Positions 51,801 through 62,492 of a stretch of 64,000 nucleotides of DNA are shown here, one piece after another (position 1 is the stretch's first letter; each line of letters begins with the position of its first letter). Both the position numbers and the translations under genes were made by a program. The notes under the pieces were generated by a model. It did not search any database, had not been told where the DNA came from, and saw only the letters and a list, made by a program, of their open reading frames with translations. Origin of the DNA: Eledone cirrhosa (lineage: Eukaryota); the NCBI GenBank assembly GCA_964016885.1, contig OZ024752.1, forward strand, positions 7,750,001 through 7,814,000, given 5' to 3'.

Positions 51801-54800
51801 GAGAAAAATAAAAGCTAGACAAAAAACACATATCTGCTGGTATTGTCGCCAAGACTTTGGCATTTTCCGAGATCTGTGTAAACATGTGAGGAAGCACTGG
51901 AAGAGCCGGCTTTACAGTTGTTCTCATTGCAAGAGGAAGTTCACTCGGCAAACTGCTTGTGAAGTGCATAAAAAGATTCACGCTAGGGAATGTTTCAAGT
52001 GTCAGTATTGCAGTAAAAGTTTTGCATTCTCGTGCATCCTGATGTTCCATTTGAAAATAGTGCACACACATCGCTACCACGTAAAAAGCCATAATTGCCA
52101 GCACTGTTTTCAGTCATTCAACCATTACTACCTTCTTTCGACACATATCAAAAAGCAACACTTAGGGAAATCATCTGAGAAAGTAGGCGATGTATTTATA
52201 AAACCTACCAAATCATTAACCCCACAACAGCCTTATGACGACAAAACTGGTATGCTAGGTATCGGGGGGGAAGTTAATTTAACAACTGACACAAGTCCAA
52301 CTTCTTCTGCACAGAATACCTCTTGCCATCAACTGAATAATGAGCAGATTGTTATTTATCTTGAAGAAGAGACTGATCCAAAAGTAGAGGTTGTGGGGAA
52401 TGAGACCAATGATAAAATAATATCTTCCAGTTCTGGTGAGGGGTCAGCCCTTGACATAAGTACAACATCTATAGATGACAATGAAGCCGATGACGAAGAG
52501 GAAAATTTGTCCTGTAACTTTTGTGGTCGCACTTTCAACCAGCGCCATCAATATCTGGTACATCTCCGACTCCACACTGGTGAGAAGCCATATAAATGTA
52601 CTTGGTGTCATAAAGCATTTCGTGTGTCAAACGATCTTAATGTTCATACTCGTATTCACACCGGACAGCGTCCTTACAGGTGTAAAGTGTGTGACAAATC
52701 ATTCACAGTCTTACGTAATTTATCTACTCACATGAGGGTACACACAGGAGAAAAACCTTACCAGTGCAACATATGTACAAGATGTTTTTCACAGAAATCA
52801 GCTCTTACAGTCCACATGCGTATCCATACTGGATCGAAACCATTCAGGTGTGATCTGTGTCCACAGGGCTTTGCTCATTCATCAAGTTTACGACAACACA
52901 AGCAACGTCATGTCACCGACCACCTTGGAGATGAAGGTTTTCAATGTACAGTTTGTGACCAGACCTTCCCTTGTTTCAACACTCTCAGCAGCCACATTGA
53001 GGAACATCTTAAAGAAAATTTGAAGTTAAATAAGAAAAGTAAACCTGGTTCAAGCAAAACTGCAATATCAACATCAGGGGTAAAGGTTAATGAAGAACCT
53101 GAGTTACAGCAGGATACAACATATACAGCACCTCTTAAAGAAACCAGCTACGCAAGAAAGGGCACTGCTAGAAAACAACGCAAAAAAAAGATGAAAAACA
53201 GCAACTATTCACGTTTGTCTGAGGGTTTTGATCAACACCACCTTAACCAAGTCAACCAGGTTATCAATAAAATGAAACTAGAGGAAGAAGCCATGCTTTG
53301 TATCAAAGATGAATCCAATTCATCGAGTATGATTGATTCTCTGAAATTCAAAGCTTTGAATGATGATCCTTCAGATCCATCGCCTTCTTCATCTCTTGGA
53401 ACGTTGAAGAGAACTCCTCACACTTTCAATAACCGAAGAAAGAAAGCCAAACTTTTTAGTGGTGATAATACTTCTCCTGAAAACCTGGCCTATAAATCTG
53501 AGGTTGGAGATTACTCTGACCATCAGGAACATTTATTAGAAGCTGAGCATTTGAATAGTTCCAGCTTTGGTGATGTTGACAGCTTTGATAATGACTTGCA
53601 ACAAACAGGAACATTGTTGTATGAATCTGGTAGCTCACCTCAAAGTAATATTGATTCAGATACTATTACAGCCATTTACTCTTGTATCAACTGTGATGAA
53701 ACATTTGATGAGAAACGCCTTTTATTAGCCCATAGCAAGGTTCATAGCGAAGAGCGGCTGTACAATTGCCATGTCTGCAGTAAGACATTTCGTATTCCTA
53801 ATGATTTAAAAGTCCATTTGCGAAGTCATACAGGAGAAAGGCCTTACAGATGTCAAATCTGCAATCGTGGGTTTTCAATTTCCCGAAATTTAACAGCTCA
53901 TTTGAGAGTTCACACCGGAGAAAGACCATTTAAATGTGAATTCTGCAGTAAGTGTTTCACTCAGAAGTCAGCTTTAACAGTTCACATAAGAACTCATACA
54001 GGTGTTAAGCCATTTAAATGTGAAGTCTGTGCTCAATCTTTTGCCTATTCTTACAGTCTGAATGTTCACAGGAAACAACAACATAATTTAAATAGCAACA
54101 GCAAACCGTCCCGTGGTCGGCTTTACAGGTGCAATGATTGTGAGCAAACATTCACACATGGCTATCTTCTTGGAATCCATCGAAGAACTCACAAGAAACG
54201 CGGTAAAGCCAAGCAACAAAATTCTCGTAATCCAGCTCCTCGTGCCAAGATTCAAAGTTCGGAGGAACAGCACTTCAACTCAGGTTTGAAATCAGATCCT
54301 TTCTTGTCTCTTTCTCTTGTTAATAACAATGAACTCGACATTGATCAGATTACTCTTAATCAGAAAGATTCTTTGAACCTTCCTGAAAAATCTCTTGAAG
54401 AATTAGACCAGAACAATATGTTCGTTAAAAGCAATACTAATGATTTTCCAGTTCATAATTCAAACTTAAGAGATTTCGAAAAGCCTCACCAGTCACTACG
54501 CACCAAGTTTGGAATCTCAGAAAAACTCAACAGAAAAACCAAAAAACAAAAACAAAAGCGCTCAAAGTATTTGTTAGAATCTGCAGAAAATGATGGAAAC
54601 AAAAGAAATGGAGAAAATGTTTGCGTTGAAATAGTTAATCCTGAGATAGATCTTCGCGAAATTGAGGAAACGGCTGCCCGGCTAGAGAGTCTCTTATCAG
54701 ATGAGCCACTCTCTATTGATGAGGCTACTTGCAAAATATGTAGCAAAACGTTTACACAAAGAGCTCATCTAGCTGCTCATTATCGTATCCACACAGGTGA

Positions 54801-56034
54801 GAGACCATACAAGTGTCGCTTGTGTTTTAAAACCTTCCGTGTATGTAGTGATCTAACAGTCCACCTACGTACTCACACAGGTGAGAAGCCATACAAATGT
54901 CAATACTGCCCAAAAGCCTTTTCAATTTCTCGAAATCTTACTGCACACTTACGTACACACACTGGTGAAAGACCCTTTGCGTGTGGACAGTGCAGCAAAC
55001 GGTTCACTCAGAAATCTGCTTTAACAGTGCATATGCGCACACACACAGGTGCACGGCCATATATATGTCAAATATGTAGAATAACGTTCACATATTCACA
55101 TAGTCTCAAGATGCACATCAAACATCATCATGCAAGAGGAAATATGTCTGAGATGACTGAGGCTTCACCGGCATTCCAATTCGATGGCGCTACTGACTAT
55201 TTATTTCAAAATGCTCCTCATATTTCCAGTGCCAGTTTAATGCTTGAATCTCCTGAAAAGAAATCCAATTCTCTCTTAACAGATAAGCTTGGAGATGACA
55301 CGGTGGCAGACTCTGCTATTGACACTAAGTGCAGCATAAGTCAAAATATTTTTAAAGATGCAATTGATAGTGAATATAATGATAGTAATATATTCTTAGA
55401 AGATATGTTCTCTTCAGCTAACAGCTCTGCTAGCTTCCTGACCAATAGCCAACAACAACAACAACAACAACAACAACATCCTCCGTCTTTTAATGAGCAA
55501 ACTGCAGATATTAACAATGTAGACAACATTGCTGGATTGAATAGCAAGTGCCAAGTTTGTAATAAAACCTTTAACCAAAAGTCCCGTCTTGTTGCACATC
55601 TGCGTACACACAGTGAGGAGAGGCCATATCGATGTAATTTGTGCCCTAAAACATTTCATGTGGCCAGCAACTTGTCTATACACAAGCGTGTCCACACTGG
55701 TGAAAGACCGTACAAATGTGACATTTGTAGCAAATCATTCACGATCTCTCGTAATCTTTTTACTCACATGCGCACCCACACTGGCGAGAGACCATTCTCG
55801 TGTGACCACTGCAGTAAAAGATTCACACAAAAGTCAGCGTTGACTGTACACATGCGAACTCACACCGGGGACACCCCATATGAATGTGGTGCTTGTGGGG
55901 AAAAGTTTACTTACTCCAGCAGTTTTATGCTCCACAAAAAACACAACAAATCTATTAATTGCACCTATTGTGGAGACGTCCTTATGGGCAAGTGTGCCTT
56001 CCGCTCTCATCTGCAAAAACACATCACTGCTTAA
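48838..56034 (+). CDS. Large single-exon multi-cluster C2H2 zinc-finger protein, 2398 aa, about 39 fingers
   Basis: 7.2-kb uninterrupted ORF with repeated CxxC...HxxxH fingers and TGEKP/TGERP linkers, in seven clusters plus one lone finger. Clusters are separated by S/N/E-rich spacers, with basic NLS-like patches and a polyQ tract. Confidence 0.95.
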   Translation: MGKSSFECNFCNKEFTNRSRLDSHQRIHTGERPHICNQCNRPFRTASDLKVHFRTHTGEKPYKCNFCDQAFAVSRNLTAHIRIHTGERPFICLLCNKAFTQKSALNVHSRIHTGDKPFQCIFCAKQFAYSNSLKMHLRDHTRIENGNDIDIDSDNQSESIETNKMISNTSGSIRGRRKKNNHRKAGRSGKNQETIKESTALGFSDYTQPEEAPYTCSICSQGFDQIGLLAKHWKSHNEDTDSEKSDDNEPLLGTAKKDVNGFGSLPTKTQDILKEDDSLVPELENLVNEDNDVCPKPDKDDSSLAEFTESSSIYCNLRESIAKSLGAIQISNGQCQTRSRNKEHSDDPSKHSQSSTSCHSSKSPSVSASNTVFGARSKQLLSKSPVGSPASQATKHTDSFAKNSSNGSHYGNVSINSVKTEETVNVVSENILCVKTEKTSAENKWQSCQASTTTGDNQSAEITESLVNSASAKNEPSSADTFPNETSGNGIPETNLGKDVTKSSSCLIQNKLDIASLFDQDIYTSALNDALKSLPSTASLSNSFLCNNNNNHNSSDENKEPLVSTQEMTDSFIKKETETTERESFLPLPQSPQQDVMASTSMPSIMSLMDQSEIDMLSNPTAAILSSKLSEKFKTYKCTLCGMILCEAELFVEHLGKHSRNANPFICTECGRQCTRQYDLKVHTRTHTGERPYKCRFCKRGFAISRNLVAHLRIHTGERPYQCTTCNKSFTQQSALRTHSRIHTGEKPYVCKSCGKTFSYSYVLNSHVRDNKLYRCNYCQGMYIGCCAINLHMKSHDEDKELTESTAAIEELSFSEDNAEIFNEETFQEINKKLSNSAGKPKNKKNSKSKKRKEKLKLTSQTIDVTESIDCHITNIDNPDLWTNTEMLVKMENNTEEFIKNGEHFGNVDQSIFGKTGLPDQLGCDSQILKNGDELQALYVEDTEMQKYLLNSGNVAPKCSSQEGFGGKLSSYFKYAKHLSLQHEAKISRKIKARQKTHICWYCRQDFGIFRDLCKHVRKHWKSRLYSCSHCKRKFTRQTACEVHKKIHARECFKCQYCSKSFAFSCILMFHLKIVHTHRYHVKSHNCQHCFQSFNHYYLLSTHIKKQHLGKSSEKVGDVFIKPTKSLTPQQPYDDKTGMLGIGGEVNLTTDTSPTSSAQNTSCHQLNNEQIVIYLEEETDPKVEVVGNETNDKIISSSSGEGSALDISTTSIDDNEADDEEENLSCNFCGRTFNQRHQYLVHLRLHTGEKPYKCTWCHKAFRVSNDLNVHTRIHTGQRPYRCKVCDKSFTVLRNLSTHMRVHTGEKPYQCNICTRCFSQKSALTVHMRIHTGSKPFRCDLCPQGFAHSSSLRQHKQRHVTDHLGDEGFQCTVCDQTFPCFNTLSSHIEEHLKENLKLNKKSKPGSSKTAISTSGVKVNEEPELQQDTTYTAPLKETSYARKGTARKQRKKKMKNSNYSRLSEGFDQHHLNQVNQVINKMKLEEEAMLCIKDESNSSSMIDSLKFKALNDDPSDPSPSSSLGTLKRTPHTFNNRRKKAKLFSGDNTSPENLAYKSEVGDYSDHQEHLLEAEHLNSSSFGDVDSFDNDLQQTGTLLYESGSSPQSNIDSDTITAIYSCINCDETFDEKRLLLAHSKVHSEERLYNCHVCSKTFRIPNDLKVHLRSHTGERPYRCQICNRGFSISRNLTAHLRVHTGERPFKCEFCSKCFTQKSALTVHIRTHTGVKPFKCEVCAQSFAYSYSLNVHRKQQHNLNSNSKPSRGRLYRCNDCEQTFTHGYLLGIHRRTHKKRGKAKQQNSRNPAPRAKIQSSEEQHFNSGLKSDPFLSLSLVNNNELDIDQITLNQKDSLNLPEKSLEELDQNNMFVKSNTNDFPVHNSNLRDFEKPHQSLRTKFGISEKLNRKTKKQKQKRSKYLLESAENDGNKRNGENVCVEIVNPEIDLREIEETAARLESLLSDEPLSIDEATCKICSKTFTQRAHLAAHYRIHTGERPYKCRLCFKTFRVCSDLTVHLRTHTGEKPYKCQYCPKAFSISRNLTAHLRTHTGERPFACGQCSKRFTQKSALTVHMRTHTGARPYICQICRITFTYSHSLKMHIKHHHARGNMSEMTEASPAFQFDGATDYLFQNAPHISSASLMLESPEKKSNSLLTDKLGDDTVADSAIDTKCSISQNIFKDAIDSEYNDSNIFLEDMFSSANSSASFLTNSQQQQQQQQQHPPSFNEQTADINNVDNIAGLNSKCQVCNKTFNQKSRLVAHLRTHSEERPYRCNLCPKTFHVASNLSIHKRVHTGERPYKCDICSKSFTISRNLFTHMRTHTGERPFSCDHCSKRFTQKSALTVHMRTHTGDTPYECGACGEKFTYSSSFMLHKKHNKSINCTYCGDVLMGKCAFRSHLQKHITA

Positions 56035-56641
56035 GCATTCTCAGATCAAGAGTGAAAAATAAACCAGCTTACCGCCTTTCAACATGGAATCTCACTTTTT
56101 TTTTTTTAAATGTGTGTGTGTGTGTGCATGTGTGTTTTGTATGTGTGTTTCTTTAAAAGGTTGTCTAATTCTATTATTATTCAGTTACCAGAATCAAAGA
56201 AAAAAAAATGAAGAAAAATAGCTTAAAATAACAAAAACAAAACAAATGTAAAAGACATGATTGCAAAAAGTTTTGTTTGTAATTACAAAAACAAAAAAGA
56301 CCCCAAAAAAAAAAAAAAAAATGGAAAACATTTGAAATGATTATTTATAAAGAATTTTCCATGTTTCCCTTCCATTCCATAAAAACTACATGTTGTGCTC
56401 TCTACTGTTCTGTGTGTTATCAGGGAGTTATTATGACATAGATTAAACCCCAGCAAGATATTTAGATAACCTAGAGATATTTTGTCATCATCATTAGACA
56501 CTTCACTATTAACTTCACCTAGTCATCACTTCCATTTCTGTAAAAAACATTCTAACATTTTCTTAGATTCTTCTTTCTAGTTATTTCTTATGATGTTGTC
56601 GGACAAATTTAATTTATATTATTATTATTACTATTATTATT

Positions 56642-56844
56642 AGGGTGTTGGATTGACAGTAATTGGTAGAGTGTCGGACACCATACTTTGTGACATATAG
56701 TTACAGCCCTTTATGTTCTGAGTTCAAATCCCGCTGAGGTTAGCTTTGCCTTTCATCCATACTGGGTTGATAAAGTAAAGTACCTGTAATGCACTGGGGT
56801 TGATTTAATCAACTTTCCCCTCCAGATTGCTGGCCTTGTGCCTA

Positions 56845-56879
<35 letters not shown>

Positions 56880-57090
56880 GATTGGCAGAATTGGTAGAGC
56901 GTCGAACAACATGCTTAGTGGCATAGAGTTACGGCCCTTTGCGTTCTGGGTTCAAACCCTGCCATGGTTAACTTTGCCTTTCATCCTTTCGGGGTCGATA
57001 AAATAAAGTACCAGTAACACACTGGGGTTGATTTAATCAACTCCCCCACCCCCTCCAGATTGCTGGGCTTGTGCCTAAAGTAGAAAACCA
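56642..57090 (+). mobile_element. Two tandem SINE copies separated by (TTA)n, downstream of the ZNF stop
   Basis: Same family as 2507-2700. Confidence 0.85.
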
Positions 57091-57289
57091 TTATTATTAT
57101 TATTATGTCTGTAAAACGAATTATTTTTACATTTTATATTTGTATTTTCTCCCCAAATTTGTAATATTTTCTCTCAATTTCTTTCTATATCTTCTCAGAT
57201 ATTCTACTTTTCAAGGTTCTCTTTGTTTAATTCCATATTTTCAATCCCACAGCCACAAATATCTCTCTCATTCTCAATTGATGCACCTA

Positions 57290-57343
<54 letters not shown>

Positions 57344-57681
57344 AGGTAATTCCAAAGAAAAGACAAAGGAAAAAAGAGTGCTCTACGTATGGAACAGAGC
57401 TATTTGATTAGAAAGTGAACAACATAATATTGTCTGGGATCCAGAAACCTTTGGTAATGGAGTAGTTATATATTTTCTGTTGTTCACTTTCTAATTAAAT
57501 ATATATATATATAATAAAGTATGTGTTAAAAGCCTTCTGAAGATAGTTCCTTTCTCAATGGAGATCCACTTGGATTATCCATTTATTTTGGAACTTGAAA
57601 CCGTGGTAAAGGCACATATAGTAAGTACAGCAAATTTTTTAAAATTTATTTTAAAACTTTTTCTCTATTTGCTAGACCTGG

Positions 57682-57750
<69 letters not shown>

Positions 57751-58549
57751 TTATTTATATACATGCAAACATATATACATGCACACACACACACACACAT
57801 ATATATATGAATATATTTAAATCAGAATGGATGCAGTAAAAACCTGTTAGACCAATACTGACCAGACTACTTGATACTTGGGGTAGTAGAGTGTGGTAAT
57901 ATGGAGGGGTCTGGAAGTACCCCGACGGCTGAGCTCTTGCCATTTCAACAGCTACTTCCAAACTAGCTGTTGAAATGTCAGGAGCTTAGCTGTCGGGGTC
58001 CTTCCACACTCCTTCATATGTATATGTATATATATGTCTATGCATTTATATGTGTGTATATGTATATATATAAATATATATATGCTTTATTGATTAGTTT
58101 GATAGAAGCCCCTAGTTACTATGGAGTTGTTAATTAGTTAATTAGGAAACCTGTAGTTACTTAACAAGTGACAAAAATAAAAGGAAGAAAAGTGTTTACT
58201 TTCTTTCTTTGTTTAGTTGTTCATAGAATGAGTTTAAAGTGTCACCATTTAAACATTTCATATTACATGTTCCATTGAGTGTACAAATATATATATATAC
58301 ACACATATATATATATATGACCAAAGATTAATATGGTTCGTTGATTACTCAATGAATACAATTTTACAATAGATTAGAAGCACTCAACCGAAAAAGTTTT
58401 CCTGGAGTTTTTAATATTATTCAAAATATTAATAAATGAAGACATTCACATAATCAAAATATATGGTTTATTATATATATTTCGAAGGTACTGTGCTGTT
58501 TTTTCAGTACGTCCTCGTCAGATATGTATGTCATACATCAATTCATGTA

Positions 58550-58611
58550 TTTTATCTGACGAGCACGTACTGAAAAAACAGCACAGTACCTTTGAAATAT
58601 ATATAATAAAA
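58550..58611 (+). ncRNA. Hammerhead ribozyme-like motif, family C second locus (mirror copy at ~58468-58524 on -)
   Basis: TTTTAT-CTGACGA-gcacGTACTG/loop/CAGTACcttt-GAAA-TATATATA-ATAAAA; the base of stem II has decayed. Confidence 0.6.
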
Positions 58612-58655
58612 CATATATTTTGATTATGTGAATGTCTTCATTTATTAATATTTTG

Positions 58656-58689
<34 letters not shown>

Positions 58690-58814
58690 AACACAATATA
58701 ATTATTCCATTACCCAAGGTTTTACGAAGGCGATTCTAACAAAAATGTCCAGTTCATTCATCAGATGAAATATCGATGTTATGGATACAAGATTTCAAAT
58801 CTTGGGTAATGGAA

Positions 58815-58855
<41 letters not shown>

Positions 58856-58955
58856 TAATAGATGAAGTAATTCCGTCGGAAAAGTCCAGGAAAAAGAGTG
58901 CTCTATGTAGGTAACAGAGCTTAATAGTTATGTAATAAACAACATAAGGCAATTA

Positions 58956-59016
58956 TTTCATTTACCAGTGGTTTCTTAAAAGCAAAAAAATGTTGCTTTC
59001 AATCATCAGAATGAAA
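58956..59016 (-). ncRNA. Type I hammerhead ribozyme, family L (left arm)
   Basis: Near-exact reverse complement of 59114-59175. Confidence 0.85.
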
Positions 59017-59113
59017 AAATCCTGGTGTATTTATTGACATTGGATTTTAAAAACCCACGTTTTTCAAACCACCAGGTTTTTAAAATCCAACGTCAATAAA
59101 TACACCAGGATTT

Positions 59114-59175
59114 TTTCATTCTGATGATTGAAAGCAACATTTTTTTTGCTTTTAAGAAACCACTGGTAAATGAAA
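59114..59175 (+). ncRNA. Type I hammerhead ribozyme, family L (right arm; intact core, predicted cleavage after 59168)
   Basis: TTTCATT-CTGATGA-TTGAAAGCAA/loop/TTGCTTTTAA-GAAA-CC/ACT/GG-TA-AATGAAA. Confidence 0.85.
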
Positions 59176-59404
59176 TAATTGCCTTATGTTGTTTATTACA
59201 TAACTAATATATATAATATATATATATTCATTTGTTCTATTAATTATTATAGTTTGGATAATTACTAAATATAAAATTCTAAAAGCTACTCCTTGTTAGT
59301 GTTGACAACAATATCTTTTCTAAAATATAGTAATGAAATAATAATAATAATAGTTATAAATATTAACAAAATACCCAATAAGTTACATCTAAGTCTGTTA
59401 GCCA

Positions 59405-60015
59405 TTGTTGCAACGATGGTGGTGTCCTAGCAGCTATTGCATTGATGTCATCCTTGCAATGGTGGTGGTGTCCTAGCAACTATTGCATTGATGTCATCTT
59501 TGCAATGGTGGTGGTGTCCTAGCAGCTATTGCATTGATGTCATCCTTGCAACAATGGTGGTGTCCTAGCATACCATTATTGCAATGCTGGTGTCCTAGCA
59601 ACAATATGTTGTTATTGTTTAGTTTTTTTTAACCAAGACAATTCTATGAATCAAATACTTTTGAAAATTATGAAAATTAAGAAGAAATAAACTAACGATG
59701 CTAATTAGATGAACTAATGATGCTAATTAGATGAACTAACGATGCTAATTAGATGAACTAACGATGCAAATTAGATGAACTAGCAATGCTAATAACATGA
59801 ACTAGCGATGCTAATTAAATTAGATGGACTAACGATGCTAATTAGATGAACTATGGTAATTAGATGCTAATTAGATGAACTAGCGATGCTAATTAGATGG
59901 ACTAACGATGCTAATTAGATGAACTAACTATGGTAATTAGATGCTAATTAGATGAACTAGCGATGCTAATTAGATGGACTAACGATACTAATTAGATGAA
60001 CTAACGATGCTAAAT
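59405..60015. repeat. Two adjacent minisatellites (49 bp at 59405-59600; ~22 bp at 59690-60015)
   Basis: GGTGGTGTCCTAGCAGCTATTGCATTGATGTCATCCTTGCAAT and GATGCTAATTAGATGAACTAAC units. Confidence 0.85.
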
Positions 60016-60235
60016 AAATTAAAAGACTGAGAACTAATTAATTAAAACTTGCAAGGAAGATGGAATGCTCAACATCAGTGTTATGAAGGGAAACCAATAA
60101 TAATAATAATAATTGAACAGTAATTGTTGTAGCAATAATAGTAATAATTAATTTAATGGGAGGAAGGTGTAAGGATCAGATAATGTTTGGAATATATGTG
60201 TATATAATATTTATATATATATATATATATATATA

Positions 60236-60432
60236 TAACTAGAAATTGATTAACATATAAATAAACATGAATAATCACAGGAGATAATTTTTACAAGTGT
60301 GTAACCACACATAGCTAGGTAGGTAACTAAATAAAGTTGACCAGAACTTCAAAAATAGATACCTTATAATATGATTAATTATCTCCTGTGATTGTTCATG
60401 TTTATATATATGTTAATCAATTTCTAGTTATT
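60236..60432. repeat. Fold-back inverted repeat adjoining (TA)n
   Basis: Arms of about 55 bp: AACTAGAAATTGATTAACATATA...TATATGTTAATCAATTTCTAGTT. Confidence 0.7.
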
Positions 60433-60653
60433 ATAAAATGCTCGGACCTACTCGTTAGAATCTTAGAGCTTATTTTGCGGGTGATATGGCGCATGTCTTT
60501 CTGGCATGACACCCATAATTTTGATTTAGATTAAATTTATTTGATTTATCTTAATTTTGGATATATATATATATATAAAATTATGTATTTATATACATAT
60601 ATATATAGTAATAATAAATGTGAAGACTAAAATCCGAAGAGGGCTCGATAAGG

Positions 60654-60727
<74 letters not shown>

Positions 60728-61731
60728 TATAAAACCCATAGAGCAAATATTTATTTGAATTTCAGAAGATCCCGTAAAAGGGTGAAAGCAGCATTCTTTG
60801 CTTAAACTTTATCTCTACATATAATGTATATATAATAAAAGTAACAAAGATCGCTGGTATTAATTCAACGTTCTTCAGCCAGCGTCCAGCTCACTCAATG
60901 AATCTGCCGAATTGCAGTAATGTAGCTGCAATCAGCTGTTCAGAGTGCACACAGTTAATAGTAGATATAGTGGCTGTGTTTTGGTAGAGATACAAGTAGA
61001 TATCTCAACTCCTAGACAACATTGTTTCTCTGTAATATAACTTCAGAAATGTAGATATTACTTCTGCAATGTTCAGAAAATCACGCAATATCAGCAGATA
61101 TTTACATAATAGAGCTGTTACACGTCTTCAGCAGGGTTGCCCAAGTCATAAGATAGGTCCGTGCAGTGTTTATTAGCCATCACTACTGGATAAGCTGTCC
61201 AGCAGTTCATAGCATTCTCACACTCTATATGGAGGAGGAAGGGGGTACTCCTGGTGCATTAAACCATCCCAGGAAAGGATGACTGAATAACCCAACCATA
61301 TAATAATAATAATAATAATAAATTGAATGAATGTTTGAAGTGTAGATATATTTTCATATTCACATTGTTATTTACTGGCACAAAAAGCAAAAACATTTTA
61401 TTTTGCAACACTTAAAAAAAACACACAAAAAAAAAATGACATTTCATTATTTATTTATTTATTTTATTTGTTTTCTGCTGAATGGAAAGTTTTATTTCTT
61501 TCTTTCCAACCCGCCCCCCCCTCCTCTCTCTTCCTCCCTCCCTCCCTCCTCTCTTCCTTCCTCCTCCTTCCTCTCTTCCCTCCTCCCTTCCCCCCTCCTC
61601 TCTTCCTTCATTAATAGAATTCCAGTTTCCAAAATTTCCTCCCCAAACAAATTATTAATGGTTCTTAATTTTACAATTTCTTTGTAAACAACACAGCTAT
61701 GAACTACCTTTAGGCACACACTCATACATGC

Positions 61732-61803
<72 letters not shown>

Positions 61804-61805
<2 letters not shown>

Positions 61806-62000
61806 TATTATAGAAATGACTTCTACAGGACTAGAACTGTTTCATTCGTAAGAAATCTTCTGGATGATTTCTTATGAATGAAACAGCTGTAATCCTGTAG
61901 AAGTCATTTCTATAATAAAATAAAGATGCTTATTCTCTGTTAATGTATTGAGTACGTTTTTTAACAGTGGTCACCTCCCAATACACATCGGGAATTCACC
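61804..62000. mobile_element. Fold-back element, family A (degenerate core TGGATGA)
   Basis: Inverted repeat 61804-61919 homologous to 38259-38397, with the same tail. Confidence 0.65.
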
Positions 62001-62134
62001 TATATATATATGTGTGTGTATACATCTACATTTATACAAACATGATATAATATATATCACATACACACACACATATATATATGACATAATATAATATATA
62101 TATCACGTACACAGACATATATATGTATATACAC

Positions 62135-62169
<35 letters not shown>

Positions 62170-62381
62170 ATATACTAATAATAATAATAGTAAAGAGGAC
62201 GAAATGTTAGATCTTCATTATATTTATTGAGGTTTGACGTGTGTTTTGCGATTGATCAGCTCAAAGCTTGATCTGTATTGATCTGGCCCGACTCTGGAAT
62301 CAAAAGCTTGTCCAACTTCTGTTTTATATATATATATATATATAACAAAGAATCAGTGTTGTATCATATACATATTTAATT

Positions 62382-62473
62382 ACACATTACATATGTTTCA
62401 CTGCCGATCAGCTCAAGGAACGATCGATTAATGAATGAACCTGACTCTGGAATCGGAAGCTCCTCAGATATGT
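62382..62473 (-). ncRNA. Type I hammerhead ribozyme, family E (long stem II insertion)
   Basis: Reverse complement: ACATAT-CTGAGGA-GCTtCCGAT...ATCGGcAGT-GAAA-C/ATAT/G-TA-ATGTGT. Confidence 0.7.
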
Positions 62474-62492
62474 GTTAACATGTAGATTAGCG

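Larger units (their letters stand above)
58866..59207. mobile_element. Fold-back element, family L, between (TA)n tracts
   Basis: Near-perfect arms of about 130 bp (58925-59206); the tail 58866-58924 is similar to 57346-57400. Confidence 0.8.

Noticed and set aside
49037-56156. Short alternative-frame and antisense ORFs within the ZNF CDS
   Set aside because: Shadow ORFs of a long coding sequence, with no independent evidence.
60847-60878. Possible hammerhead CGCTGG-CTGAAGA-ACGTT-GAAT-TAATA-CCAGCG on the - strand
   Set aside because: Stem I pairs, but stems II and III are essentially absent and GAAA is altered; too weak to call.
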